Source: Sarea resinae
Taxonomy: Eukaryota
Direction of reading: 5' to 3'
Assembly: GCA_026026165.1 (NCBI GenBank)
Contig: JAPEUD010000058.1
Coordinates: 62,001-126,000, forward strand
DNA: 64,000 nt
The notes under the pieces were generated by a model. The model did not search any database. It saw nothing but the letters and a program-made list of their open reading frames with translations, and had not been told where the DNA came from. Both the position numbers and the translations under genes were made by a program. Shown piece by piece: positions 12,526 to 25,287 of the stretch (position 1 is the stretch's first letter; every line of letters starts with the position of its first letter).

Positions 12526-14179
12526 CTAAACCACCGTGCCGCAGTCCACCATCACATTCTGCCCCGTGATGCTCCGGCTCTGCGCGAAACACAGCACCTG
12601 CAACGCGACGTCCTACACACGTGCACGGCGTCATAGACGCGCCAGTCAGCAAAAAGCCGCCAACGCCATCGCATCTCATCGCATCTCATTGCCGTCCAAC
12701 TTCTCATCCACGAAACAAATGAACGACAGCAGATGCGTGACGCTTTTGAGCTCCGAGGTGAGCCCGATGAGACAAGAGGGGATAGGACGAGGACACAGAG
12801 AAGTTGTCAACTAGAGAAAAACAAGAAGAAATACGGACCTCGACCGTGGGGGCTCTCTTCAGCGCCGCCTTGTCAATGGCAGCATTGATCTTCTCCTCGG
12901 AGAATTGCTGGCCCCATTCCTGTCGTTCCCGTCCGGAGTCAGCTCAGCGGTTCCAGTCACTTGGTGAGTAACGTAGATTGTGCTTTTGGATTTCTTCACC
13001 ATCTTTCCTCCTCCTCGTCCTCTCCTTTGATATGCAACAATGCAGCGCTATGAAAAGGGGTTTGACGGAGACTGCACAGAGACTGCTCTCATACCGTCAG
13101 GAGTAAGCCCGGTGAGACGCAATTCACGCGGATCTGGGGCCCGCAGATCACGGCGAGCGATTTGATCAGGTGGATCAGGGCTGCTTTGGTCACCGAGTAT
13201 GCCTGTGTTTCGGGCGCGTTGGAGTTGCGTCAGTGGGTTGTAGGAAGCAAGGTAAAGCAAAGAAGGAGTCCCGCCCTCTCTCTCGCTCTTCTAACAGGAG
13301 CTTGTTTACCACCATGTAGCACGCGTGGTGCTCTGCGGAAGAGTAGACGGCATAGATATAGAAAGCATACAATCAGGACCTCAATCGCAGCGCGTACGAC
13401 CGACCATCGCAAGCAAGAGAGACAAGCCGAGCGAAGAACAATGCAAGAGAAAGGCAGACACATACCAACGAGCTGCCGCCGGGCCTGACGCCGGACAAAC
13501 TAGCCGTACTAACAAAACACCCACCCCTAACACCCACCACCTCTCCCCTGTACCCCTTCCCCTGCTCCTCCTTCTCCTCCTTCTCCTCCTCTTCCGCTCT
13601 CCTCGAGCTCTCCTCCAAAGCCTCTCTCGCCGCAGCCATGAGCCAGAAACAACTCTTGACATTGACGCCAAAGCAGCGATCCCAGTCGCCCTCGTCCAAC
13701 GCGTTCTCCAGCACGTCGAACGGTGCAAACGGCGTCCATCCGGCGTTGCTGACCACAACATCCAGCCTGCCCAGCGCGGCGAGCGTGACGCGCACGAGGT
13801 GCTCGATCGACGCTCGCTCGGCCATGTCGGCTTCGATGACGACGAAACGCTGCTTCTGCTCTGGCTCTTGCTCTTGCTCTAGTTTCCCACCCTGATCTTG
13901 TTTCCTCTCATCGCCCACCGCCCCGCCGCCTGGGCTTCCATACCTTTCATGCAACTCCGTCGCCAGTCCCACCGCGCGGTCGCGATTGTGCGCGTAGTTG
14001 ATCACGACGCTCAAGCCGGCCGCGGCGAACCTGCGCACGATGGCTGCGCCGAGCCCCGCGCTGCCTGCCGTCACGAGCGCGACGGGCGTGAAGACGGCCT
14101 GTGTCGGTGGCTGGAGGCCGGCTGGCTGTTGCTGTTCTGAGTGAGAGACGGGAGGGGGAGGGGGAGTGGATGTTGACAT
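12526..14179 (-). CDS. Classical short-chain dehydrogenase/reductase (SDR), 4 exons
   Basis: Exons 14179-13466, 13202-13095, 12919-12839 and 12612-12526, all phase 0. Motifs ALVTAGSAGLG (NAD(P) binding), VVSNAG, catalytic YSVTK, IRVNCVSPG and ITGQNVMVDCG. Confidence 0.92.
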
Positions 14180-15199
14180 TCTGTCGTATTTTGTAGTCTT
14201 ATCTATCTATCTGTCCGTCTGCCTGGCTGTTCAGAAGGATCTACCTCTCTTTCTATCTTGTATGATATCCAGCGCTTGTATGGCAATGCCTGGTTTCGCT
14301 TGCTCTTTTCCAGTCCTCTGTTACTCTGCTGCGCTCTTCGGTGCTTTTACGTAGATGTTCTTCTCGATCAATGATTTGATGTTGCCAAGGGTAAGAGGTA
14401 GGGTGTTGACGGCGTGCGTGCGTGCGTGCGTGCGAGCGGGGGTGGGGTGGGGTGCGGGGCCGGCCCTGGCGTGGCGCGGCGTGGGGGCCAAGGCGGTGAG
14501 TGTACTCTACTTTGTAGGCCACTGCGTACAGCATCCCTTCCCCTAATGTACCTTGTAATCCCTCTTCTCCTCTGTGTCTATCTATATCTCTATTCTCGCT
14601 CTGCTGCTTAGGGCTTTTTGATTCTTTTAATGTTGTTGTTAGGAGTCTTATGAGTTTTTTGTACTGTCTATACGATTATGTGAGTGGGCTGCTGATCTAC
14701 AGTGATTGTTTTAGGTATAGGGAGAGAGACAGAGAGACAAGAGAATAGGAGAGGGGAGAGAGGAGAAGTGATTTAGATGAGTTGCTACTAAGAAACTATC
14801 TATCTATGCATACGTACATCTTTCTGTTAATGCAATAGACTAACCAAACAATCAATTAATTAACTGGAGGCCGAGGTTTTTTTATTCCTCGATTTCATCC
14901 GCTGGAAATTCCTCGACTCCTCACATCGTTATCCAGATCTGCGAGACTAAGCGCTTTCAACACTATATCCTCCTGCCTTCTCATTAGCCTTGCTCTCTGT
15001 GTTTGTTTCTCCCTCCATGGCATCAGATTGGTTCCAGGCAAATACATAGCTGGCTCCACCACTTTTTCTAGGCTAGGGTCCTCTTTTTCCTTGCAAAAGT
15101 TTCGACGGTTGTTTCTGGCACCCTCCTCTCTCTTCGTCCTTTTCTCTCACTTCCTCTCTCGTTCGCATCACCTTCAGGGCCCGTCCATCCGCCCTGCCT

Positions 15200-16225
15200 T
15201 TACCGCCCGCGCTCAGCCCCGCTTGACCCGCGAATGCCAGGATGACAACGGCGACAGCATCGGCGCGGAACCGTCTGCACCAGGGGCGTGGACGCGACTT
15301 TCAGAGCGCGGGCCTCGAGGGCCGTGGCCCCATGCATCGGGACCAAGAAGAGGACGCCGGAGCCGCGAGCGCGGTAGATGCGGCTGGGCACGTCGATCCA
15401 CACGACATCGTCACTACTACCACCGGCACCACCGCCGACACCACCGACACCACCGACACCAGCACGCGTGGCGCTCCTCACGCCCTGCTGCCGTGCCCGC
15501 CGCTCCCGCTCTTTGGTGTCCGCGCTCTTCTCCGCGAGCGACGAGTCAATCTGCGCCCAGCGCTCCCGGTCCTGCGTCCCCGCGAGCACGAACCGCTCCG
15601 AGACCTTCAGCCGCGCCTTGCCCGCCGAGACGCCCTCGACCTCGACCGGCGCGTCGAGGCCATGCGCCAGGGTGTCGAGCAGGGCCCGCGAGGTGGAGAC
15701 CTCGCGCTCCAGGTGGCCGACGCGCTCGACTAGCGCTTGCGTATATAGCATCCATTGGCCCAGTAGGGTTTGGCTGGCTAGAGCCCGCGGTGAGTGCTCG
15801 GCCGCTGCGGATGAGGAGAGGGGCAGGGGCAGGGCCGCGTCGTCGAATGCGGAGGTTGGCTTTCCCTCCTCTTCGTGAGGGAGGAGCGCGAGCAGGCCGC
15901 CTTGTTCGGCGTATGCCTCGTCCAGGGCCTCGAGCAGCTCGTTCGCGTGCTGCACGTACTGTGCGACGGGTGTGGTAATTCCTATTTCTCCAAGGCAGAA
16001 GGGACACTCCCTCCGTCCACTCCTACCATAGGCAAGGTAGCCCGAGGGGTTTTTGTCGGTGGCGTTCTGGTCCGAGGCCACGGGACCATGCGTCCTCCTG
16101 GCGCTGTCTTGAAGTTCGGAAGCCAGTTGGGAGGTCGGCGACTCTGGCGTGGCGAAAGCAGCTACTGGTTGGGAGCGAGAAGGGCTCGCGGCTCCTGCAA
16201 CGCCCAAGGATCTGCGGAAGAACAT
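15200..16225 (-). CDS. Hypothetical fungal protein, 3' end possibly degenerate
   Basis: 341-aa GC-rich ORF with protein-like blocks (LLGQWMLYTQALVERVGHLE, VVWIDVPSRIYRARGSGVLFLVP). No function assignable. Confidence 0.6.
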   Translation of the reverse strand: MFFRRSLGVAGAASPSRSQPVAAFATPESPTSQLASELQDSARRTHGPVASDQNATDKNPSGYLAYGRSGRRECPFCLGEIGITTPVAQYVQHANELLEALDEAYAEQGGLLALLPHEEEGKPTSAFDDAALPLPLSSSAAAEHSPRALASQTLLGQWMLYTQALVERVGHLEREVSTSRALLDTLAHGLDAPVEVEGVSAGKARLKVSERFVLAGTQDRERWAQIDSSLAEKSADTKERERRARQQGVRSATRAGVGGVGGVGGGAGGSSDDVVWIDVPSRIYRARGSGVLFLVPMHGATALEARALKVASTPLVQTVPRRCCRRCHPGIRGSSGAERGR

Positions 16226-17082
16226 GGTGGCGGCGTTCTGAAGGGTGAAAGTGCCAGCTTGAGATGCTGCCCCAGGAGGATGTTTGAGAGATGGAATCGA
16301 GTTGAATGAGGGGAAGAGTTTGACAGTAATGAATAGCGTGAAGCAACGTCGTAAGTGATAGACAGATAGTAAAGTGGAAGAGGTTCGATTATATCATTGA
16401 AGCATTAATCTAGACTTACCTACTTTCGTTGCGGTATTGTATGGTTGTGACGCTTCCGGCGAGCCTACTCGACCCCTCTGAGACAAAGAAATGAAAAATC
16501 CAATTCGAAGTGATCCGAATGCATGCACCGGCCCCACGTACTTCGAGACAAAGCTTACAGACACACCAGATGATTCTTTGTATAACACTTCCTATGAATT
16601 TCATGTCTCATTAACATTGTCCGCAGATAGTGGGTATATGTAGATACAGCTACACAGCACCGAAAACGGAAGAGGGTGCGGATCCCCGCTTGACGTTAAG
16701 AACATGAAATCCAGAACAAAGAAACCCTATGCAACTTCGAACCACTGACCCATCCACCTACCGAGTGGCTTATGGCGGCTATAGCGACAGAGAAGAGAAG
16801 CGCGAAGAGAGTGACTAGTAGAAGTAATGGAAAATGCTGCAAGGATTACGGGGATACGCGCGGAATTCCAGAGCAACGCGAAACCCCTTTTCGGTGTCTT
16901 TTCGGTAGCTAGAGCATATCAAAGAAGCTGTGCCATGTTTAGTCCAAATCGAGACAGTGAAGCATGCACCAAAAATGACTCCTACCTCTGGCTGCGACTC
17001 ATAACAGAGAGCTCTCTTATCGCTTCATACGACGCTTCAAATGTCGATGATGAGGAGGTTAAGGAGATCAACCCATTGGTGG

Positions 17083-18552
17083 CTAGTTGTCCGTTGCATC
17101 TCCCGCTGCTTCTGAATCGTCGGCGCAGTGAGTCTCATTCTGTGTACCCTCGCCAGATACATCAAGGTCTGCCACTCCACTGGAAGCTGGCCGTGTAGAT
17201 GAACCTGCTCTCCTCAAGCGCGTTTGGCCTTCTCCTGCACCGTGGCTCGGAATTTCGTCTGGAGGGATTTCGCTCGGAAGACCTGTCTCCAGTGGCTCAT
17301 GCGTGCTGAGATGATTACCATTATAAGGCCTCCGAGCCCGTCTAGGGAATGCTGACCGAGCTATCAATACATGACCACGGTGCCGTACTATCAATCCGTG
17401 AGGTCTATGATTGATCTCTGCATGGTCCAGCCTACCATCGGATAGATCTTCCTCGGGAATGTTCTCTTTCGGCATGTCGTACCCGAAGAATTGAGGCCGC
17501 AAGGGGTCGTAAACGTGACCAGGGACTTCATCTTCATAGATTTCGAACGGCGGTCCCTTCGCCAAGACTCGGTTCCTTCGTATGTCAGGGTTGTCAATGT
17601 CCATATCGATGCCGGGGATGCCGACAACGCTGATCGGACTTTCCCGGCGACGATTGCCGACCCTTGTGATTGCTGCTTGACGTTGTGGATGTGCGCAAGC
17701 GAAATTTTTATCCTCTAAAGAGCTGATGGAGAAGGACTTCTGATGCATTTCAACGCGAATAGAGGAATCCGAATTTGCATCTCCTTGATTTGTAGTACCA
17801 TCAGAAGAGAAACGGTTCTTGTGTTGCTCGCGCAGAGTGACGCTGTCTCCTGCGTTTACCAAATAGTCGATTGCAAAAAAGAAGATCCCTTCATCAATCT
17901 TCTGGTGGTCATCGTTCGAGGCTAAGGCGAGGGAGCAAGATTTCTTGGCTTCAAGAGCACGACCGCGGTACTCCATATCTTCCTGTCCAGGGAAGCCAGG
18001 TGATAAACCCCCGGAGACTTCCGTGTCTTTCATGTCCGTCGGGTCGAAAGCCTTCCCTGAGGATGGTGCTGAACCCTCATCACCCACTTCATAGACTCCA
18101 AGTCCCTCGGCTTGCAGAAACTTGAACCCTCCAAAGTCGGAAGGCTCATCGTCGGCACCAAAGAACTCTTGAAGACTTTGTCTGACTTTTTCGTATCTAG
18201 CCCTCAGAGCAGGCAAGCCTCCCCAGGTCTTCAATTCCTCCTTTGTGAATAGTCCTTTGTCAATCAGAGTTGCTACACATCGTGACCATGTCATAGGAAG
18301 TGTAGCCGCCTTCGCAGGAGATCCCATTTGGAGCGTATATGTCATCCGCTCGATCATATTGAACGAATGCCAGTTCCGCGGTATCGGTGTGGTGAAAGGG
18401 TTGGTAGGTGGGCCCGGTCTGCCTTTGCTCGTTTCATCGAAAATGACGACTTCTTCCTTGACCAAGCTTTTCGATCGCTTTGCTGGATGAGGTTGAGTGG
18501 GATTCGGATCTGGGTTTGGCCGTTTCTTGCCGTCTGAAGTATTGCAAGGCAT
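17083..18552 (-). CDS. Hypothetical protein (helical N-terminal domain, disordered C-terminus)
   Basis: Uninterrupted 489-aa ORF with an N-terminal basic NLS-like stretch (KKRP..PAKRSK) and an amphipathic helical block ending ALRARYEKVRQSLQEFFG. Confidence 0.65.
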   Translation of the reverse strand: MPCNTSDGKKRPNPDPNPTQPHPAKRSKSLVKEEVVIFDETSKGRPGPPTNPFTTPIPRNWHSFNMIERMTYTLQMGSPAKAATLPMTWSRCVATLIDKGLFTKEELKTWGGLPALRARYEKVRQSLQEFFGADDEPSDFGGFKFLQAEGLGVYEVGDEGSAPSSGKAFDPTDMKDTEVSGGLSPGFPGQEDMEYRGRALEAKKSCSLALASNDDHQKIDEGIFFFAIDYLVNAGDSVTLREQHKNRFSSDGTTNQGDANSDSSIRVEMHQKSFSISSLEDKNFACAHPQRQAAITRVGNRRRESPISVVGIPGIDMDIDNPDIRRNRVLAKGPPFEIYEDEVPGHVYDPLRPQFFGYDMPKENIPEEDLSDGRLDHAEINHRPHGLIVRHRGHVLIARSAFPRRARRPYNGNHLSTHEPLETGLPSEIPPDEIPSHGAGEGQTRLRRAGSSTRPASSGVADLDVSGEGTQNETHCADDSEAAGDATDN

Positions 18553-19408
18553 GCTGAATCACTAAGCGGAAAATGGTGAGCAAGAAGTGAGCACGAAGGA
18601 AGCACGTGGTTGTTCTTTGAGAAGTAGAACTCACAACTAGACTGTGGGTGAAGCTCTGCCAGTAGAACTATAAGACTAAGTGTAAGGTGTTGAGATGAGA
18701 GCAAGGTCCATCTGAGTGATATTGAAACTTGAGACACAAGCTTCCTGATCGTGTGCTAGAGAGTGCAGCAAGCATACTGAGGCTGAAAAGCTGAAGTGCA
18801 AGAGGATGCGATGGATTCGAGGACAGATTGGTGATTGAGTAGGTTGTCCACTCTTGAATCTGAATACGATGATATATGATGTGATAGGTGAGGTAGAACA
18901 AGGAGTAAGATAACACGGCCCAAAGAGAACCAGCAAAGTGAACTTGTTGGAAACCGATTTGACGTTATGCTGGCTAATGTAGATAGGGCTCAGGCATCTT
19001 CACGCCAACTCTCAGGCTCTACATGAGCAATCGTTTAGAACTGCAAAGATGATGAGATTATTGTTAAGTGCTTGCTGCGCGACAAGGTACGATACTAGAC
19101 GCAAATTAGAAACAAATGAGGGTATACTAATCGTTGGATGAATTAGGAGATTGGGTGTAGATGGACGAGTGCCACTGGATAATGACCGACGCAGCTGTGC
19201 AGCAGATTGACGAACCAAAGGAAAAACGGCCGATAATGCCACCGCTTGATCGCAAGAGATGCCCAAACGCTAGATGATAAAGATCGTCAACGAGCAAAGC
19301 AGACCCAGTTCGCTCGAGAACGCCTGAAAAACGCTATGAGAGTTTAAATGCCAAGTGATGCCCACCACTGCTGTCCTCGAAATGCTCCGTCTCGCAGTGC
19401 AAATAGAA

Positions 19409-20317
19409 TCAACAGACGGACGATACGGTATTGACAGCGTCATCGGGAATGGACAAGGTAAACTTTTTATCCTGACGCTCCTCTTGTATCCTCATCGCCT
19501 TTTCCTCCTCGCGACGATTCTCCTCCGCTAATCGTCCGACTTCCTTTTGAGCCAAGCGAAGAACTTCCTCAAAGTTGTCCTTTGTCCCATCAAGCTCGAG
19601 CTCGCAGTTCCCATCCCGAAGGACCTGATGGGCTCCGACCTCGCAGAGTTTTTGAGCCTTATCCAGACGGCCGTCAACAGCGTCGAAGATGGTATTAGTG
19701 CCAGCATCGCCTCCACCCATTGCTCCGAGGCCACGCGCTCTCGGCATCCTCCGGAAGTTGAGTTTCGGCTTGTAACCATCTTCGTCATCGCCGAGGCCGC
19801 CAAAGATGTCGGTTTCGGTGTCGATCATAGCCGCCATCTGCTTCATCTTCTCCGCCATCTTTCCCTTTCGTAGGTTATTCCGTGCCGTTGCGATGTCTCT
19901 GACCAAAGATTCGAAGGCGTTTTGCACGCCCGAGTCGTAGTTGACAACGATCATACGACCCGTTCGAAATTTGGTCCTTCCCGATTGCCTCGAGGCAGAG
20001 GAGCCCGGCTTCCTCTTCCGGCGCTGCTGCTCCTGTTCACGCCGAATGGCGGAGAATGGCGTTTCGATTCTTCCTCGTTGTTCGCTTCCAGTGTTGATGT
20101 TGCTTCTCCCCTCTGCCGGACTTATGGCGTGTTCCTTGCCAAGACTTTCCATAGACGGACTCTTTGGCTTTCTGGGATTGAATTCGGCATTGTTCTCTTC
20201 GGTAAGTCGTTGTATCTCGTCTTGCTGGGAGTTGATGCGCTGGGCGAGGCTGTCCAAGTTCGACAGCCAAGTGGGAACATTGTCGGTCAGGTACGAGAAG
20301 CTTTGTAGGGCGTCCAT
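19409..20317 (-). CDS. Conserved hypothetical coiled-coil protein
   Basis: ORF from ATG 20317 (MDALQSFSYLTDNVPTWL...) with blocks MIVVNYDSGVQNAFESLVRDIATARNNLRKGKMA and LDKAQKLCEVGAHQVLRDGNC. The 3' end might be spliced. Confidence 0.75.
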   Translation of the reverse strand: MDALQSFSYLTDNVPTWLSNLDSLAQRINSQQDEIQRLTEENNAEFNPRKPKSPSMESLGKEHAISPAEGRSNINTGSEQRGRIETPFSAIRREQEQQRRKRKPGSSASRQSGRTKFRTGRMIVVNYDSGVQNAFESLVRDIATARNNLRKGKMAEKMKQMAAMIDTETDIFGGLGDDEDGYKPKLNFRRMPRARGLGAMGGGDAGTNTIFDAVDGRLDKAQKLCEVGAHQVLRDGNCELELDGTKDNFEEVLRLAQKEVGRLAEENRREEEKAMRIQEERQDKKFTLSIPDDAVNTVSSVC

Positions 20318-21673
20318 TAAGCGGGATGAGTCACAGATTCGGCGGGAGATGTAGGTTGGGCGATTATTTTCAAATTCCAGTATCACCGGAGCGGGAAATG
20401 TTGCGGTCGTCAGGTCGTTCAATTCGTTACTTCGTGATCTTGGGGTAATTGCGGACGGCGAAGACAGCTCGGACTCTGTCGCTGACGATTTGGCGTAGTC
20501 TTGTGCAGAAAGAGGCCCAGGAGAGGTAGCTTTTTTGTTGTATAAGGCCAGCTTAAATGCAGTGATCACATAACGGTCGGGTATAATATGCGATACGGAT
20601 TGAAAGGTTCGGATGAAACGGGCGGAAAGGGAAATCTATTGACGGTGGCTGGACTCGAGAAACGGTATGGAAGAATTGGATACGCCCGACCTGGCTGTGC
20701 TTGGCGGTACTCTGGTTCTATAATTCTGTGATTCTGTGATCTTGTGGTGCGGTGGTGGAGATTACGGAGGTGGTGGTGGTGGTGGTGGTTGTATATTGTG
20801 TTGTAGGACGAAGGTGGGAAGGAAGAGGAGGAGAAGTGAGTGGGTGAGTTGAGTAGTGGGCTACATTTAGACAAAGTACTTTGATGGGGGGGATGGATGG
20901 ATGGATGGATGGATGGATTCGATGGTTCCATGGTACAAAGGTGGTTGTGTACGTACGGACGTAAGTCCAGTTGCAGTCCAGCCCTGTCCGGTCCTGTCCA
21001 GTCCTGTCCTGTCCACCCACGTCCACATCCACACACAGTCGACACGCAGTCCACACACACCAAAGCAAGCCCCTGCAACGTTATGCACGACAGGTAGAGT
21101 GCAGAGACTGCAGAGGGTATCGAGGGTATTGCGGCAGGTATCCATCCCCCGTGCATGTGAGCGGAATCGATGAATGGATGCAGTACTGGCTACCAAAATG
21201 ACAGACGATCCGATACCTCACGATACCTCATCCCTGAGGGGGTTACATGTACCGACGAAGAAGGTACTACGGTACTTGCATAGCCTCGCAATTTCATCCA
21301 CCGTGCATGTACGAGTACCCGTATCTATCCATTCAAGTGTCCATCTCTCCATCGGGCCATCCAGTCGCGACTCACACGCAAGCAGAAAGTGAGAAGAAAG
21401 CCAGATAGATTGACCAGGACTGATCGCGGCTAATTGGATGTTGGAGGTGGGGGGTGGAGGGGGAGAGCATGGCAGCATGGATGGTCAACCCCCCCCCCCC
21501 CGTCGTAATGAATACCGTGATGAGATCAACAGATGAGTGGCTCTGATTGCTCGCGAGTACGAGCAAGGAGAAAGACACACGAAAACAGCAACGGGTTGAC
21601 CACACGCACGGGCCGCACAACGCAGCATGATTGAAGGTTTACGCCAAGCGTCAGCGTGCCCATGATCTGAGAG

Positions 21674-21740
21674 TAGAGTACGGAGTAGAGTAGAGTAGAG
21701 TAGAGTAGAGTGGAGTGGAGTGGAGTACGGAATAGAGTAC
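21674..21740. repeat. (TAGAG/TGGAG)n pentanucleotide tract
   Basis: Directly visible within a 4-kb SSR-rich intergenic region. Confidence 0.9.
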
Positions 21741-24374
21741 AGGCAGCAGAGTACTACAGAGCACTAGGAGTCCTCTCAGGGAGGGAGGAGTTACTCGAGT
21801 ATTCCATCCGCCCCAGGATAGGTAAGGTACTCTAGCTGGAGGGACATTAGAGTGCAAGTGGCGGTAAGGCTCACCTGGATATGGATGTATTTCGCTCCAT
21901 CTCGTCCTCTACCAACACGTTTCCCCTCAGCTTCCTCGTGCCGATCCCGTCCTTGCCGATGGAAGTACTCCTAGGAAGGTACTTACGGATCTGATCCGTG
22001 AATATTACGGAGTACTCGAGCTGAGAGGTATGTACGAGGATAGGTCAAGGGAGACCGAAGTCAGCTGTCCAGTCCTCTCATTGCCTGCCATTTCGAGTTG
22101 CCTGTCCTACCGACATCGTAGTACCTTTTTCCCTATCTTGTCCTCTTGGCATGGGCTCGTAGACGATTCCAAATTATTACGACGCTTGCCCTAAGGGTCG
22201 AGCGTTCTACTCTAGGTACGCTCTGAGGTACTCCGTACTCTACCTCTCTTGGTAGTAAGGTACCTTCGTTAGTAGGCTTTGCTCTAACGAGCGGGAGCGA
22301 GGATCGCGTCCGTCAGCCAATCAGCCCTGTAAGCCCTCGGCACGACCCGCCTGAACACATGGCTTTTCCACGGTTGGCTTGAGCTATCCTGAGTCGCCCT
22401 CCATCGCACTATTCTGCGACTCTAACAGTAAAGTACCCCCCCGGACAGAGATCCGAGTACTCTAGACGCATCTGATTTCTCCCCTCGCCCTTAGTATCTG
22501 CCTGCCGAATACGCAGATTGCTTCTAGAGTAAATGATCACAGCGTCTGGGCGGTAATTACCTATGCATTCATCCGAAATGAGACCACAGAGCACACATGA
22601 CTTCTCCATGGAAGGAAGTTCAATAATACGGAGAGGGTCATCATAGGCCCGAGCGTGTATGATGCCCGTTTGAGCATGTCTCGAAATGATGGCCGTTGGG
22701 GATGGGGGCTGACTGGTCTTTGAGCAATGACTCGTCTTCCGCGCGGTTGCGGCGAGGCCCCACGATATCGCTATCGCGAAAGTTCCCACGGTTCTGCCGT
22801 GCCTGTACGGAGTAATGATGAGGCGAACACGAACACGAGTGGTCGTGGTGGTGTATTCTGGAGTAGTAGAGTACCTAGAGTAAGCTTGCATACAAGTACT
22901 GGACGCATACTCCAAGGTACTTCCGTAGACGGGAGTACGAGCAGATGGGTGGGAGAAAGTGGCATTTGGCAGTGGGAGATTTGCTGGCCGAGTACGGCCG
23001 TAAGCCGTGAGTACAAGATGCCCTGTACCTATATACCTCCATTGCGACCGACGGAGTACTTCCCACGGAGTACAGGTCTTCAGCCCGGCCCTGGTAACGG
23101 CAATTTCCCTTGCTTTTCCGCCTCCGCTTTCCCTTCCGCTTCCGCCCTTCGATCCAGCGTGCTCACGGTTAGATCGTTACGCCAGCCCTCGCCAACGGGG
23201 TACTAATATGGCATCGTCTCCTGCCGGACCCTACCGCAGCAAGGTGCCTAGGCCAACGAGCCGACGGTTACGGGCGTTGCCCGCGTTCGCGTTGGATGGC
23301 GTGAAACGGGGCGCAAGCCATTGCATAACGGATGGAATATGAAGGCGAAAGGCGCAATCGCTCATCATCCTCCAGGACGAGTAAGGCAAGGCATGTAGTC
23401 GATCCATGGATCCATGGATCGATCTCAGAGTGCGCAAAGTACTCCGAACTCGTACCAGCCAACCACATCTGCTCACTGTACCGTTTATCTGATCTGGACG
23501 GCGGACGGCACTTGACAACGACCGTGGGCGGAATTCTCCCCGTTGCGATCCCCGAGGAATGCCATGTGCGGCTTGCTGGCAGACACTTGTCCCCTCCCCA
23601 ACGCAACCAATCGGGCCGTGGGATGTTCATGATATCTAAAGGACTACCCCGTAGATCTCTCGCACCATTGTCAGGGCGGAAAGGTTGGACAGTCAATCAG
23701 AAGAGGGACATGCGGATTGGAACATCCCCTGAAGAACAACGGCGCGAGACAGAATCGACTGACACTGACGAGTTATGCAATTACTTCCTGCAGTTATCAT
23801 GATCATCATCCCCATCATCATTGTGCTTGAGCAACGATGGAGAATCTGGCTGACTACTGTTTGACTGCACTCGTGATGTGACGCTACTAGGCATAATCGT
23901 TCACGACGGGATGTTTGTCCATTACTGATAGACGAAAAAGACGGATAAGGTACTCATCTAATAGCAATGTCCGGTTTCGGCTCTGGCCAGACCTTCTGGA
24001 AATTAGGCAGAAGGAGCTATATCTGGATTGACGTATGTCGCGGACTTTAATGCCTTTCTCGGCCAGTTTTCCTTGTTTGCTTTTCGGTCCAGACCCCATA
24101 GTCATCTCTCTAGGCACATTTATGGGAAGGCCTTGATTTCTCCATGATTAGTTATGCATCGCCTTGACTTTACTGTTCAGCCTCACACCTCGACCCCTAG
24201 CTACCTGTGATCTACAGAGCCGCCTGGCCGCCAGACGTCTCAAATTTAGAATGACACCTGATCGTCGATCAATCGACAGCGAATCAATGGTAACGATGGC
24301 GGAATGTTTTCTCGAATGTCAAACTCTCGCTGAGAGCATCTATGAGCTAATGCTAATTGCTATTAATGAAGGCA

Positions 24375-25287
24375 TCATGGCCAAAGTTCTTCCTCGGTCC
24401 ATCCACCGTGAATCCCGTTTTTGCCGGTGCCGTCTTCCGTGTCTCCCACAAAGGTCCATCTTCGCCTCCTCGCCGTGCTTGGATCCGCAATTTCGAGCGA
24501 TTCAACCTCGCTAGGCTTAATGATCACCACTCTGAAGTTTTCTCGCGCAATGGGATCGTCGATGTTGGTCAATTTCTGACCTAATGACATCTCTTTGCTT
24601 GGAGGTGGATTTGACGATGGGGTTCCGGGAGGCGGCGCTTTGAAAGACCCTACCATTATCATAAGTCATAACTCTGTATCTGAGAAAGATTCACATACCT
24701 CTCATTCCTGGAGAGCAATTCCCAAAGTGAGCGTCAAGCTCTCTCGTCCAGCTCCAAGTCTTCGTCTCCCCTTCCTTTACGATTCTCATTCTGCTTCCCA
24801 CTATGCTTTTCACCGTCCTCACGCCGCTGCTCTCCTCGCCACTGCCTTCAATATCCGGCCCGACGACATACGCCTCTCCACGGACACGCCATTGCGTCAT
24901 ATCGTCCTTGGCCCACCAAACCGCCTCGATAGGACCCCCTCCTCCACTTCCATGTGACTGTGATGGCGATCCGTGCCCGGCAGAAGAGCCGAACAAGTCA
25001 GAGACCTTATCCATACGGACATCCGTCGTGAATGTTGGCAGGTCGGACTCATACACCCTTTCGTTCTGAGGTGCTTCATTGTGCTTGTTTTCTGGCAGCT
25101 CGGCCCAAAAGCCGCGGAAGACGCAGTATCGGGCACGAGGTAGGTAGGGCGTCGGTGATCCTTTGGGAGCAGCATGCAGCGTAGACAGTACGAACTCTGG
25201 AGGCTTCATCTTACTAAGGTGCTCCAAGAAGTCCGCCCTCCATGGCGCCGCTTCTGTCCTAGCAGCGCGCGGTGTCGTGGTAGCCAT
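24375..25287 (-). CDS. Pyridoxamine 5'-phosphate oxidase-like FMN-binding split-barrel protein, 2 exons
   Basis: Motifs PEFVLSTL, PRARYCVFRGF, FTTDVRMDK, TQWRVRG and ARENFRVVIIKPSEVESLEI...WTEEELWP. One intron at ~24640-24698. Confidence 0.85.

Noticed and set aside
15028..15978. 316-aa plus-strand ORF, and other long antisense ORFs (7072-7824, 8379-9152, 59024-60085)
   Set aside because: Shadow ORFs opposite GC-rich real genes, with no recognisable motifs.
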